From positions 37,657 to 101,656 of the forward strand of contig JBFGLM010000011.1 in NCBI GenBank assembly GCA_041576165.1: a stretch of 64,000 nt of DNA, read 5' to 3'. The stretch is from Acidimicrobiia bacterium (GTDB lineage Bacteria > Actinomycetota > Acidimicrobiia > Spongiisociales > Spongiisociaceae). Shown in pieces: positions 28,990 through 39,453 of this stretch. Both the position numbers and the translations under genes were made by a program. Under the pieces are notes generated by a model. The model worked only from the letters and a program-made list of their open reading frames with translations, was not told the origin of the DNA and did no database searches. Numbering within the stretch: position 1 is the stretch's first letter; every line of letters begins with the position of its first letter.

Positions 28990-30105
28990 TCAGGCCTTGC
29001 GGCGAATCGGCAGGCCCTGCCGATTGTTGTCGTCGTTGGCGCCGATGAGCGGTTGGTACTCGGCGGCGTGGATCACAGCCACGAGTTGCCGCCGGCTCCG
29101 CACGCCCACCTTCTCGAACACCGCTTTGAGACGATCCTGGACGGTGTATTCGGAGATGAAGAGGCTCTCCGCGATCTGAGCTGTCGATCGTCCGCGCAGC
29201 ACCTGCTCCACGACGTCGCTTTCCCGACGAGTGAGCCCGTGGGCGGTCAGCCGCACCGGAGCCAGATGGTGGGGTGCGGCCGGCTCGACGACGACTGCGA
29301 CCTGAGGCGGTACCGAGCCTGAAAGTCGCGAACCGTGGATGCGGACCCACCCTCCGTCCGTTGCCCGGAGGGTGACTGCCGCCTCGCCCCCGGCAGAACG
29401 CACGGCCCGCAACACAACTACCTGGATGGGGATAGGGACGCGATCTGGAGCGAACGGACCGATGTCCGGCAGTATCTCGAACCAGCGTTCTGCGTTGGGC
29501 GTGGCCGTGACCGTCGTCGCGTCGTGGCTCATCACGAGGACGGCCGGGCTGTCCCCACCCGGCACGGGCCCGGCTTCAGCACGGAGGAGCCCCAGCCGGG
29601 TTCCGTCCGCCAGCGCCGCACTCAGACTCGCCACATAGCGAATGTCGCCCTGACTGAAGGGGCGCGTGCCCGCGCTGTGCAGCAAACTCATCGCCCCCCA
29701 AGCCGTGCGACCCGCCCGAAGCACCGCATCCAGCGAATCGTCGAAACCGAACGGTGTCAGCAAGTGGCGCCAGCGCCAGCTCGCCGCCGGATCTCCTCCC
29801 GTCGCGGTCTTGACGGTTGCAGCACCACCCCTGATGGATGCAAGCTCACCTGGCGAGTTGACATCGCCCTCGGCGTACCAGCTCTGGGCGATCTCGCCGG
29901 GAGTGTGGGCCAATCCCTCGTTCAGATGGCCGGTCACGAGCAGCGTGGTCGGATCCAACGTGAACCAGCATGGATAGAAATCGAACGAAAGGACGTGACG
30001 GAGGACATCGGTCGCTTCTCGCCAGAACGCGCCGGCCTCTGCGCTGTCCCGTGCCAGCCGTTCGAGCTTCTGCTGCGCAAGGACGCGGGCCGTATCGACT
30101 TTCAC
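28990..30105 (-). CDS. GAF-domain plus LuxR-type HTH transcriptional regulator (start uncertain)
   Basis: C-terminal LTRRESDVV..GRSTAQIAESLFISEYTVQDRLKAVFEKVGVRSRRQL. Confidence 0.88.
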   Translation of the reverse strand: MKVDTARVLAQQKLERLARDSAEAGAFWREATDVLRHVLSFDFYPCWFTLDPTTLLVTGHLNEGLAHTPGEIAQSWYAEGDVNSPGELASIRGGAATVKTATGGDPAASWRWRHLLTPFGFDDSLDAVLRAGRTAWGAMSLLHSAGTRPFSQGDIRYVASLSAALADGTRLGLLRAEAGPVPGGDSPAVLVMSHDATTVTATPNAERWFEILPDIGPFAPDRVPIPIQVVVLRAVRSAGGEAAVTLRATDGGWVRIHGSRLSGSVPPQVAVVVEPAAPHHLAPVRLTAHGLTRRESDVVEQVLRGRSTAQIAESLFISEYTVQDRLKAVFEKVGVRSRRQLVAVIHAAEYQPLIGANDDNNRQGLPIRRKA

Positions 30106-30141
30106 CGCGTGATCGTAGAACCCGCCCCGATGAGTGAGAAC

Positions 30142-30155
30142 CCCAGATTTCTGGG
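30142..30155. promoter_or_regulatory. Palindromic operator between divergent LuxR regulator and cupin gene
   Basis: CCCAGA-TT-TCTGGG. Confidence 0.55.
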
Positions 30156-30221
30156 CTATTTGCGCCACCCGGCTGACCATAGGTTGCGCCTGTTGGATCA
30201 CTTCGAGACAAGGAGTAGCTC

Positions 30222-30740
30222 ATGCAATCCAACGGACTTCCCTACGTCGTCGATGCGGGTGAAGGCGAGGGCATCTGGTTCCTCAACACGCTGTTCACAG
30301 TCAAGGCGGGCGCCGATCAGACCGACGGCGCGTTCACGTGGATGGAGCAGCTGTGCCCACCCGGGTTCGCTCCCCCGTTCCATGTCCATTATTCCGAAAC
30401 CGAGGCGTTCTTCATGATCGACGGCGCCATGACTGTGTTCTGTGACGGCATTGAACGCGACGTCGGTCGGGGTGACTTCGTGTTGCTTCCGGCCCGAATC
30501 CCGCACGGATTTCGGGTGGCGGAGTCGGGACCCGCTCGATTCGTCCACATGACGGCCCCCGGACGCTTCGATCATATGGCCCGCGAGGTCGGCCAGCCCG
30601 CCTCCTCGCTCGTGCTGCCTGAACCGAGCGAGCCCAACGTCGAGCGGCTCCTGGCGGTGATGGAACGGTACGACTTGGGCATCTTCCCGGATGCGACGGG
30701 CCCGGCGGCCGATCCACTGACGGTGGAAGGTGGCGCCTGA
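30222..30740 (+). CDS. Cupin domain protein (quercetin dioxygenase-like)
   Basis: PPFHVHYSETEAF..DG and PARIPHGF; SD AAGGAG. Confidence 0.88.
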   Translation: MQSNGLPYVVDAGEGEGIWFLNTLFTVKAGADQTDGAFTWMEQLCPPGFAPPFHVHYSETEAFFMIDGAMTVFCDGIERDVGRGDFVLLPARIPHGFRVAESGPARFVHMTAPGRFDHMAREVGQPASSLVLPEPSEPNVERLLAVMERYDLGIFPDATGPAADPLTVEGGA

Positions 30741-31087
30741 TGTCCGGCGAAGCCCCCCTCGACGCCACCGCGACTGCGGAGCGCGGCCCGCGCTTCCGCC
30801 GACGGCCACAACGCCGGAACCGTGACCACCGCCGGGTGGCGACAGAGTTGTCGGTCGACGTTGTTTCGGGAGACGGCCTGCCGGTTGCCTGGCTCGACCT
30901 CGACCTCGAATACCGTTACCGCCGTGCTCGCCCCACCGTCACGAGGGCCCGTAGTGATGGAGACGGTCGCGCCACCGTGAGCTCGCGACACCCGGAACTG
31001 CCCTCGTGCGTCCGTGTATGGGCAGCCGGTCAGGTTGCCGAGTTCGCACTCACCGTGCCACGGGCCGGGTTAGTGCTCGAGTTGTGA
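30740..31087 (+). CDS. Hypothetical protein
   Basis: TGATG coupling to the cupin gene; 115 aa. Confidence 0.55.
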   Translation: MSGEAPLDATATAERGPRFRRRPQRRNRDHRRVATELSVDVVSGDGLPVAWLDLDLEYRYRRARPTVTRARSDGDGRATVSSRHPELPSCVRVWAAGQVAEFALTVPRAGLVLEL

Positions 31088-31259
31088 CGTGGGATCGGTG
31101 TCCCCGCCGGGGCGGCACCATCCCACGTTTCTGTTAGCGACCATCCGTGCCCGCATCGGCAGCGACGGCAGGCCGGCCGGGGCGGACGGGCTCCTGGATC
31201 ACCACTAGACGCTCCCAAGATGGCCGCTCCATGATGAACCTTCAAGGCCCACACGGAAG

Positions 31260-31601
31260 GTGAAACGAAACGTGAACCAATCCATCAAATGGGCGCTGCT
31301 GGGGGCCGTTCCAGGCGTGCTGCTCATAGCGCTGGCAGGTCCGGTCGAACCCGAGCTGGATCTGCTTCTGGGGGTCGGCGGATTTGCCGCGGCCGTGGTC
31401 GGCGCCCTGGTCGGAGCCCTGGCCGGACGCGAGCATGACCCAGAAGTGCGCCGGCAAGTTGCCTGGAGGTCGGGCCTGGGAGCTGCGGCCGGGGTGTTGC
31501 TCATGCTGGTCCAGCCGTTCCTGGGTGCCGCGCTGGCCATCGTGCTGGCGCTCTTCGGGGCCGGTTCGGCCCGCCGGCGCACCGTCTCAGATAGGAGCTA
31601 G
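31260..31601 (+). CDS. Small membrane protein
   Basis: Four short hydrophobic segments. Confidence 0.6.
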   Translation: MKRNVNQSIKWALLGAVPGVLLIALAGPVEPELDLLLGVGGFAAAVVGALVGALAGREHDPEVRRQVAWRSGLGAAAGVLLMLVQPFLGAALAIVLALFGAGSARRRTVSDRS

Positions 31602-31639
31602 GCGAGCCAGTCCTCGGCCGCACCGCCAGCACCGGCGGT

Positions 31640-32602
31640 TCAAACGCCGGCACCCGTCCACGCGCGGAGGATCCCGTTGGCCTGGGCCACCGTCGCGCGG
31701 ACGATCTCGGCTGCGGGACGTACCTCATGGATCAAGCCAACCGACTGACCGGCGAATGGGAGATACTCATCGCCCCGGCCGGCGAGCACGGACTCCATCA
31801 GTTCCCTCCGGGTGGACTCAGCGTCGAGGCCGTCGGGGTCGGTGGCGAGTTGGTCGATCAGCGGAGTGCGGAGGGATCTCGGCTCGGCAGGCGTCACATC
31901 GCGTGAAAACGGCGGCAATATGCGCTCAGTGTTGATCACCTTCACGGCGTCGTGGGCTTCTGCGGCAATGATGCGCTGCTTCCAGTCGGCACTGATCGCC
32001 ATCTCATCCGAGGCCAGAAATCGTGTGCCCATGTTGACACCTTGAGCTCCGAGCATCAGCGCAGCGGCGAGCCCACGGCCGTCAACGATTCCCCCGGCTG
32101 CCAGCACGGGAATGCCGCCTGCCGCGTCCACAACGGCCGGAACGAGCACGATCGTCGACACCCAGCCGCCATGGCCGCCGGCTTCGCCACCCTGCGCGAT
32201 CAAGACGTCGGCGCCGGCCGCTACCGCCTGTTCGGCTTCGTCCGCGTCGATGACCTGCTGAATCCACAAGATCCCGGCGTCGTGGGCCCTGGCAATCAGA
32301 TCCGCCGGCACGCCCATGTGGAACGAGATCGCCGTGGGCCGTTCGTCAAGCGTGGCCACGAACGAATCCTCGTCGAGCGGCCGCATCGTGTGGTTGATGA
32401 CAAACGGCCGGTCGGTCAGTGCGCGAAGCTGCCGCCACTGCGCCTGTAGTTCTGGGACCGTCCTGAGCCCGGTTCCCACGCAGCCGATGCCCCCGGCCTC
32501 GCACACTGCGGCCGCGAGCTCCACGCTCGCCCAGGGTCCGAAGGGCGCACTCATGATCGGCACGTCGATTCCCAACAGGTCACACACCGGTGTCCGTAGC
32601 AC
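31640..32602 (-). CDS. Nitronate monooxygenase family flavoprotein
   Basis: AQGGEAGGH, AAGGIVDGRGLAAALMLGA.GV.MGTRFLAS, AGQSVGLI. Confidence 0.93.
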   Translation of the reverse strand: MLRTPVCDLLGIDVPIMSAPFGPWASVELAAAVCEAGGIGCVGTGLRTVPELQAQWRQLRALTDRPFVINHTMRPLDEDSFVATLDERPTAISFHMGVPADLIARAHDAGILWIQQVIDADEAEQAVAAGADVLIAQGGEAGGHGGWVSTIVLVPAVVDAAGGIPVLAAGGIVDGRGLAAALMLGAQGVNMGTRFLASDEMAISADWKQRIIAAEAHDAVKVINTERILPPFSRDVTPAEPRSLRTPLIDQLATDPDGLDAESTRRELMESVLAGRGDEYLPFAGQSVGLIHEVRPAAEIVRATVAQANGILRAWTGAGV

Positions 32603-32844
32603 GATGCCTCCGTGAGGTGTGAGTCATTGACCAGAAGATCGCCAATGACCGGCCAACAGCTGGAAACTACACCTGCGAGGACGTGCCGCCTAGATCCGGC
32701 TCGCGGCGGCATACCGCCATCGCAGGTCGGATCTGGCCATGAACCGCAACAGCTGATCGGCTCACAGGAAATGTGACAGTTGACTCTGCCAGCCACTCCG
32801 GAGCGTTATCACGATGACCTCAGGCCGCGACATTCGGAGGTCCC

Positions 32845-33693
32845 GTGAGTATCGCCACCCACCTCGAAGCCCGAAGATTGGTTCAAGGAGACATCTCCAG
32901 GTACGCATTGGTCGACGTTGGCGAGACGGCCTGTGAAGCGGTCGCCGCGATGAATGTGGCACAGGCCACCTGCGCAGTCGTGATGTCGAGCGATATGCCG
33001 GTTGGTATTTTCTCCGACCACGACGTGGTCCAACGCATCGCCGGTCAGACCGATGCATGGTCAGAAACCGTGGAGCACTTCACCATACCCGAACCCCGGG
33101 TACTCAGTCTGGCGGCGAGCGTGCTCGACGCGCTGAACCTGATGAATGAGCGAAGACTCCGGCACGTGCTCGTGCTCAATCAGTCCGGTGCGGTTGCCGG
33201 AGTCGTCACCGACCTCCTGATGATCAGAGAGATCGACGGAGTGCTCTCGTCGGTCCATGACCAGTATGAGTTCTCGGCCGAACACGGGCTGCTCTTTGTC
33301 GATTTCACCGGACTATCCGTGTCGAAGCCGGTGACGGTCCGCCGGAGGACACCGCTTTCAGAGGCGATCCATCAGATGCGGATGCGCAGCATCGGCTCGG
33401 TGCTCGTTGTTGACGAGCGTGAATCCCTGGTCGGGATCCTCACCGAGCACGACGTACGCCGGGAGATCGCCTGTCGGGTAGAGGATCTGGAATCGGTCCC
33501 GGTGGACTCGTACATGACAGGGGATCCGGTGTCGTTGAACCCACGGAGTGTGATCGCCGAGGGGTTCGCCGTGATGCGGGCGCATGGCATCTCGCATCTT
33601 CCGCTAGTTGCCGACAGCGGCAGGCCCGTCGGTCTGGTGTCGTTTCGGGATCTCGCTGAGTACCTCCAGGCCAGCGTCGCCGCAGTGGGCTGA
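32845..33693 (+). CDS. Tandem CBS-domain protein (two Bateman modules)
   Basis: VGIFSDHDV, RHVLVL, VGILTEHDV, SHLPLV..VGLVSFRDL; SD GGAGG. Confidence 0.88.
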   Translation: MSIATHLEARRLVQGDISRYALVDVGETACEAVAAMNVAQATCAVVMSSDMPVGIFSDHDVVQRIAGQTDAWSETVEHFTIPEPRVLSLAASVLDALNLMNERRLRHVLVLNQSGAVAGVVTDLLMIREIDGVLSSVHDQYEFSAEHGLLFVDFTGLSVSKPVTVRRRTPLSEAIHQMRMRSIGSVLVVDERESLVGILTEHDVRREIACRVEDLESVPVDSYMTGDPVSLNPRSVIAEGFAVMRAHGISHLPLVADSGRPVGLVSFRDLAEYLQASVAAVG

Positions 33694-33764
33694 GGGAGGT
33701 TCGACGCGCCGCCCCGCCGTGCCGTACCGAGCGCATCGACGTCCCCAGGGCAGTCAGCGCCGGC

Positions 33765-34288
33765 CTACGCCTGGGCGGTCCAGTGGTACAGGTCGCGAAC
33801 GGCTCCGATCTCGCCGCCATGATGGGTCAGCTCGCGATGGGCGTGCAGGTCCAAGTCGAAGTATGTGTGCTGCGCGTAGGCGCCCCAGTCGGGCCCAGCG
33901 TATCCCAGACCCCGTCACCCCGGTCGATGATTCCGCGACGGAAGTTTTCGATCGCGGCCGCGAGTAGGTCCGTCGCCTGCTGCGCCCTGTCTACAAATGC
34001 CAGGCCGGTGAGTCCGGTGCCGGCGGTAGCGAACGCTCGGCGGCTGTAGGAGTCCATATAGTCGACTGCGATGTGCCACATCCGCCACGCAATCGTTGTG
34101 AAGGGTGCAGGCCGTGGCTCATCCTCTGGCAAATCGGCCACGATTCCGTCCCCCTCGCGACGGACCGTCCAGCAATTTGGGGCTGGTTCCCACAGATACT
34201 CGGTGTCGTCGAGACCGACCAGGCGCGCCAGGAGTTGGTCACGGGACTGATCGAACGAATCGAGCACCGATCTGAGCGCGGCAGCCAC
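33765..34288 (-). pseudogene. DinB family protein with a single-base frameshift
   Basis: EYLWEP..TTIAWRMWHI in one frame; C-terminus WGAYA..LHAHRELTHHGGEIGAVRDLY continues in another frame after about 33894. Confidence 0.8.
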
Positions 34289-34393
34289 TGGATCGGCCTA
34301 ATCGTGCCCGGCCGGCGATCGGTGGAGGGGTTCACGCCAGCCCATGGGAGTCGTCTCCTGTGTGCTCGGGATTCCGCTTCGCCCGGCTCCCGC

Positions 34394-35020
34394 TCACAGC
34401 GGACACGGAAGCTTCTCGGGTCCTCGCTCTCGGTATACGTCGATGAATTCCGCTAGGTCGTCCCCAGGTGCGTCGTAGCGGGCGAGCCGGTTCCAGGCCG
34501 TGGCCACGATCGGCTCGGTTATCCCGGGGTTTGGGCTCACGATCACGTGGGAGGTCTGCTCGCGGGCCAGCGCATACAGCTCGTCCAGCTGCGGCTGCGC
34601 CAGATCCAAGCTGTGCCACACGACCACCACCCCGTGTTCGAGCGCGTGCACGGCCAGTTCGAGCGCCAGCGGGGTGGTCATGATCCCGCACCCAGGTGAG
34701 TTGGGTGCGTGCGGACCACTTGTGGGGGTGGCAGATGCATAGGTGACGGACTCCCCGACTACGAGGTGGTCCCGGCCCAGGTTGGGGGGACGCTCGACGC
34801 CGGGAAGCTCCGGGTCGGGCCGGACGATGAAGAAAACGACTGCCGCGAGCGCCACCGCTCCGGCCGCACCGCCGATCACCATGCGCAGGCGGCGGCGGCG
34901 CTGGGCGCGTGCTTTCGCCTCCTCCTCCTGTCGTTGTCGCTCCAACCGTCGCGCCTTCTTGGCGGCGACTTTGGTGGGATCAACTGCAGTCTTGGCTTTG
35001 GGACGTTGGCGACGTGCCAC
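34394..35020 (-). CDS. DUF3105 domain protein
   Basis: PTSGPH, VHALEHGVVVVW, ATAWNR, RGPE; basic N-terminus plus TM helix. Confidence 0.88.
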   Translation of the reverse strand: MARRQRPKAKTAVDPTKVAAKKARRLERQRQEEEAKARAQRRRRLRMVIGGAAGAVALAAVVFFIVRPDPELPGVERPPNLGRDHLVVGESVTYASATPTSGPHAPNSPGCGIMTTPLALELAVHALEHGVVVVWHSLDLAQPQLDELYALAREQTSHVIVSPNPGITEPIVATAWNRLARYDAPGDDLAEFIDVYRERGPEKLPCPL

Positions 35021-35420
35021 CCGGCGAAGTTACCACGCAACGCTTCGTTGACCGCATGACATGCCCAACCCCGACAGTTCTCAGCCGTAGATGGACTCGG
35101 CGATCTGTTGGTGTCCCGGAGGTCCAAGATCGAACCGGGCGGCGCGGTCACCAACGGCGCCCGGCGTGCGGCGTCGCTGATTTCACCCGGACCCGCCGGC
35201 GAATCTCCCTGGTTGATGGTGGCTGTAAGGGGCCTCGGTGGCTTCCCGTCCTGGTGGACCGGGACTCCGCCAGCCAGGCTCCGGCATGATCCCTCGTCGC
35301 TCGTGTTCGGGTAGAACACCCCGGTACTTGGTGCCATTCGACTGCACCTCCCCATTCATCGCACCCGCCGCCGAGACCCTTGGATACACTTGGCCGACGG
35401 ACCCGATGGAGGAGTTGGCG

Positions 35421-35750
35421 GTGCCGCAGTACATGATGCTCTACAAGGGCGAGGCAACCGACATGGCAGAGATGTCAGAAGAAGAGCAGCAGGCCGTGCT
35501 GGCCAAGTGGGGCGAGTGGATGCAAAAGGTGGGGCCGGCCCTGAGCGACCTGGGCGCGCCCTTCGGGCCCGGTACCTCGCTGGTCGATGACGGAACCGCA
35601 GGAACGCCCAATGCCCTCACTGGTTACTCGATCGTCGAAGCCAAGGACATGTCGGCCGCACAGCAACTGGCCGATGGTCATCCATACCTGAGCGAGGACA
35701 AGGGCGATTACGCCATCGACATCTTCGAGTTGATGCCCGTTCCGATGTAG
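35421..35750 (+). CDS. YCII-related protein
   Basis: SD GGAGGAG before GTG 35421; W..WM..DLGAPF..GYSIVEA..A..L..HP. Confidence 0.8.
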   Translation: MPQYMMLYKGEATDMAEMSEEEQQAVLAKWGEWMQKVGPALSDLGAPFGPGTSLVDDGTAGTPNALTGYSIVEAKDMSAAQQLADGHPYLSEDKGDYAIDIFELMPVPM

Positions 35751-35821
35751 ACGGGGTTTCGCTCATCGGCTACGCCGGGACGATGACCGCGGCGGGCAAG
35801 GACCGCTAGGCGTATGTGCTC

Positions 35822-38422
35822 CTAGGCGTCCGGCGAGACGGTTACGACATTGTTGATCGCTACCTCTCGACCTTCCCAAGAAGCACCGTCCGGCCATGTC
35901 ACAACGAGCGAGATAACCTCTGCGTTTCCCAAGCCGAAGTGGAGGCGTGGATCCTCGGACGCCAGGTAGCTGCTGCCGGCGTGAAGTTCCCGCCGCAGTG
36001 TGCGACCGTCGCTCAGATCGACGGTCGCCACCGTTCCGGCATCGGGCGGGTCGGCTGCCACGACGACATAGGAGCCGGACGGAGCATCGTTGCGGAGCAG
36101 CACGGCGGGGCCGGCGATCTGGTTGATCGCAACATCGAGGTCGCCGTCATCGTCGTAGTCGGCCAGCGCGGCCCCCCGGCTCAGCCTGGGACCGACGGCA
36201 GCGAGCCCAACGCGTCTCGTCCAATCCCGCAACTGGCCGGGTTGGCCTTCGGCGGTGAGGTTGCCGAACAGCTGGACCAGCTCGGGGTCGCTCTCCAGAT
36301 CGCTGATCGGGACGCGACCATTGGCGATCAACAGGTCGAGGTCGGTGTCGTTGTCCAAGTCAGCCCAGGCGGTTCCCCACCCGGTCGTGCCGTTGCCCAA
36401 GCCGGCGATCCCGATCCGGCTGGTGCTGTATGCGAAGCGGAGCCCGTCGGCCTCGCCCCGGTAGATCGCGTGAAGCTCTGCCTCCCAGTTGGTGACGATG
36501 AGGTCAACTTCCCCGTCGCCGTCGTAATCACCGCCCGCCACTCCCATTCCGCTGCCGGAATCTCCAACCGCGGCTTCTCCCGTCACGTCCACGAAAGAGA
36601 CCGATCCGGGCGCCGATGTGTTCTGGTAGAGGTTGTTGGGCTGGCCGTCGTTGGCGACATAGAGATCGAGATCGCCATCGTCGTCGAGGTCGCTGAGGAT
36701 GGCGCCGAGCGTGCGGTCGTCGCGAGCCAGGCCGACCGACTCCGCGCCATCGACAAACGTGCCGTCGCCGTTGTTCAGGTACAACTGGTTTGGGATTCCG
36801 ACGAAGTCCTGCGGAAACGCACCGCTGGGTTTGGCGACCTTGCGGGCCAGGTCGATGTAGGTCCCAACGAACAGGTCGACGGCGCCGTCGCCATCCACAT
36901 CACCGGCGACAGCCGCCGTACTCCACCCATCGGCCGCAACGCCAGCTTCCCGAGCCCGGTTGATGAAACGTCCAGACCCATCGTTGAGGAGCAGGGCGTT
37001 GGGACCATCGGCGGTCACGTAGAGATCGGTGTCGCGATCGCCGTCGATATCGACTGCGACGCAGCCGTTGCCCCGCATGACCAGATCGGCGCCGCTGCCG
37101 GCTGACATGTCAGTGAACCGGCCTGAGTCATTCCGGTACAGCGCGTTGGCGGGGAGCCCGCCAGCCTCCTTCCACGCGCCGATGTCGGCCGCGGCATGGG
37201 AGTTGACGAGGTAGAGGTCCATGTCACCGTCCCCTTCGGCATCCAGCCAGCAGACGCCACCGCCCATCATCGCGACCGGATCCTCGCTGAGGCCTTCTCG
37301 GAACGCCCCATGCTGGAAGTCGATCCCGACTTCACGGGCGACGTCTTCGAACCGCCAGGGAGTCGCGGCCGGAGCGGGGACGTCGGCCGCGGCCTCTGTA
37401 GCCGGAGTGAGGCGCAGGACCCGTCCGGCGAAGACCTCCGACACGTACAACGATCCGTCGTCTGCTGCCACCACCGCACCCGGGAAGCTGAGGTCATCGG
37501 CCACGGTGACGACCCGTCCACCATCGAGCCGGGAGAGACGGCCGGTGCCCGACATGTAGCCCTCGCCGGTGAAGCACGACGCCTCGGGATCGAACCGGGC
37601 AAACTCCAGCACCCAGATGGTTCCCTGCGCGTCGGTCGTAACGTCGATCGGCATGTTCAGGCCGTCGACGACCACCCGCGAATCCTGATTGCCATCTATC
37701 GCAACCACCCGACCCGAGCCCGCCGGATACGGGCATCCTCCGGTCAGCGTCACCAGATACTCGTCGCCGAGCCGCCTGATACCCGTCGGGACGGGATCGA
37801 TCTGGCGGGAGGCCGCCTCTGGATCGGTCAGCTGTCCGAACCGGTGAATGAACTCGGTCCTGCCATCGGCGGTCTCAATCGCTACTCCGTTGTCGCTGGC
37901 GTCAGTGACCACCGGGCGACCGTCCGGTGCAAAGGTGATGTCAAACGGGTTGACCAACCGCACCGCGTTGAGCGGCTCCATGGAGCGTTCGAGATCCGCC
38001 GGGCCGAACACGAATCCCGCGTCGATCGCCTTCAGAGAAGGCGTCGGGAATGTGAGCAGCCCTTCGGCACCAAAATGGGCGGTGTACACCGTTGAACCAT
38101 CCGGGGAAACACCGACGAGCGGGACGCCGGAAAGGTCGCCCGAATCGCGCCCGCTGGGGAGTCCGCTGACGATACGGTCCACCCGTCCCGCGGTGATCAT
38201 GCTCACACCTGCGCTGGTGTCATCCTCGCCGGTTCCCTCCTCCGCAACCAACAGCCCACCGCCGGGAAGAATGGCCAGCCCCACGGGGTTGAGAAGTCCC
38301 TCTGCCACGACAGTGACGTCGTATTGCAGGCCCGCGGTGTCGGCTCTCTCGTTTGCTCGGTCCGTGCTACACGCCGTGGCGATCAGGGCCACCCCAACCA
38401 GGAGCGTGCTGACGCGTCTCAC
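35822..38422 (-). CDS. Lipoprotein fusing a ScyD/ScyE-like propeller with CRTAC1-like FG-GAP repeats and an ASPIC/UnbV domain
   Basis: Lipobox IATAC; DPVPTG motif; many D.DGDGD.DL repeats; C-terminal GSSYLAS..RLHFGLG...V.WPDG; GTGA overlap with the GDPD gene. Confidence 0.85.
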   Translation of the reverse strand: MRRVSTLLVGVALIATACSTDRANERADTAGLQYDVTVVAEGLLNPVGLAILPGGGLLVAEEGTGEDDTSAGVSMITAGRVDRIVSGLPSGRDSGDLSGVPLVGVSPDGSTVYTAHFGAEGLLTFPTPSLKAIDAGFVFGPADLERSMEPLNAVRLVNPFDITFAPDGRPVVTDASDNGVAIETADGRTEFIHRFGQLTDPEAASRQIDPVPTGIRRLGDEYLVTLTGGCPYPAGSGRVVAIDGNQDSRVVVDGLNMPIDVTTDAQGTIWVLEFARFDPEASCFTGEGYMSGTGRLSRLDGGRVVTVADDLSFPGAVVAADDGSLYVSEVFAGRVLRLTPATEAAADVPAPAATPWRFEDVAREVGIDFQHGAFREGLSEDPVAMMGGGVCWLDAEGDGDMDLYLVNSHAAADIGAWKEAGGLPANALYRNDSGRFTDMSAGSGADLVMRGNGCVAVDIDGDRDTDLYVTADGPNALLLNDGSGRFINRAREAGVAADGWSTAAVAGDVDGDGAVDLFVGTYIDLARKVAKPSGAFPQDFVGIPNQLYLNNGDGTFVDGAESVGLARDDRTLGAILSDLDDDGDLDLYVANDGQPNNLYQNTSAPGSVSFVDVTGEAAVGDSGSGMGVAGGDYDGDGEVDLIVTNWEAELHAIYRGEADGLRFAYSTSRIGIAGLGNGTTGWGTAWADLDNDTDLDLLIANGRVPISDLESDPELVQLFGNLTAEGQPGQLRDWTRRVGLAAVGPRLSRGAALADYDDDGDLDVAINQIAGPAVLLRNDAPSGSYVVVAADPPDAGTVATVDLSDGRTLRRELHAGSSYLASEDPRLHFGLGNAEVISLVVTWPDGASWEGREVAINNVVTVSPDA

Positions 38423-39453
38423 GGCGATGGGGCCAAGTCCGGACGGTCCGTGATGATTCCGTCGACACCCAACGTAAGCAGCTGCTCCATGTCGTTGGGA
38501 TTGTTGACCGTCCAGGGGATCACCAGCAAACCGGCATCGTGGGCGGCGGCGAGCGTAGTGGCGTCGACACTGCGATGGTCTGGAGACCAAATGGCCGCAC
38601 CCGACTGCACCAATGCAGAGAAGTCAGGCAGATCGCCGCGGCCGGTCAGCGCCGCCAGGGTGATGTCGGAGTGCGCTGCGTGAATCGCCCGCAGCGAGCG
38701 ATGGTCGAAACTCTGCACGCTCACCCGGTCGAGGAGTCCGGCCGTGGTGACTGCCTCGATGACCGCCACCTCAAAGATTCCCATCGTTTCACCATCGAAG
38801 CCGTCGCCGATCGCGCCCGGGTTGGTCGGATCTCTCTTTGTCTCGATATTGAACCGAACGCCGGCTGCGTTGGCCCGTTGATCCGCCGTCTTCCTGTCGT
38901 CTGTGCTGTAGCTGGCAGCCAGTTGGAAGACCTGTGCCAACGTCGGGATGGTGTAGTCGTTGCCCGCAACAAGTCCGGGCTCGGCGACCTGGTCGGGAAA
39001 CCGGTCGGGGTCCGGGTTGCGGTCGCACCGTACCTGCCCCAGCTGTTCGGCGGTGAGGTCGCGTATCCGCACGACGCCTTCAACGTCACACTTCCCACTA
39101 TCGATCAGCGGGTCGTGCCAAACGACCACCACATCATCGCGTGACAGGTGCAGGTCCATCTCGAGCGTGTCGACCAGCAAGTCCAGCGCCAGCTCGAATG
39201 CGGGCAACGTGTTCTCGGGCCGCAGCCCGCGCGCTCCACGATGGCCCTGCAGGTCAAATGGCCGAACTACCGGGCTAACCGCGTTCGTGTCCGGGGCGCG
39301 GCTGGCAGCCGGTGCCGCGGCAGTGCCGGGCGGATGCTCAGCCTCGGTCGCGCCACACGCCGCCAGCGCCACCAGGCCCGCCACCAGCACCATGACCCCC
39401 GGCCGGCGGGTGTGGCGCCCGCCGGCCGGAGATGATGGGGCGCCTTCGATCAA
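38419..39453 (-). CDS. Glycerophosphodiester phosphodiesterase (probable lipoprotein)
   Basis: QGHRGARGLRPENTLPAF, EMD, HD, NIETK, QSFD, WTVN, DGIITDRPD; lipobox ALAAC. Confidence 0.93.
   Translation of the reverse strand: MIEGAPSSPAGGRHTRRPGVMVLVAGLVALAACGATEAEHPPGTAAAPAASRAPDTNAVSPVVRPFDLQGHRGARGLRPENTLPAFELALDLLVDTLEMDLHLSRDDVVVVWHDPLIDSGKCDVEGVVRIRDLTAEQLGQVRCDRNPDPDRFPDQVAEPGLVAGNDYTIPTLAQVFQLAASYSTDDRKTADQRANAAGVRFNIETKRDPTNPGAIGDGFDGETMGIFEVAVIEAVTTAGLLDRVSVQSFDHRSLRAIHAAHSDITLAALTGRGDLPDFSALVQSGAAIWSPDHRSVDATTLAAAHDAGLLVIPWTVNNPNDMEQLLTLGVDGIITDRPDLAPSP

Noticed and set aside
35021-35420. Unannotated gaps (also 6434-6844, 25164-25531, 44875-45239) as ncRNA or mobile-element remnants
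   Set aside because: No recognisable RNA consensus, terminal repeats or transposase fragments by eye
36100-37260. Recurring GTCGCCGTC-type nucleotide repeats
   Set aside because: Explained by FG-GAP D.DGDGD protein repeats
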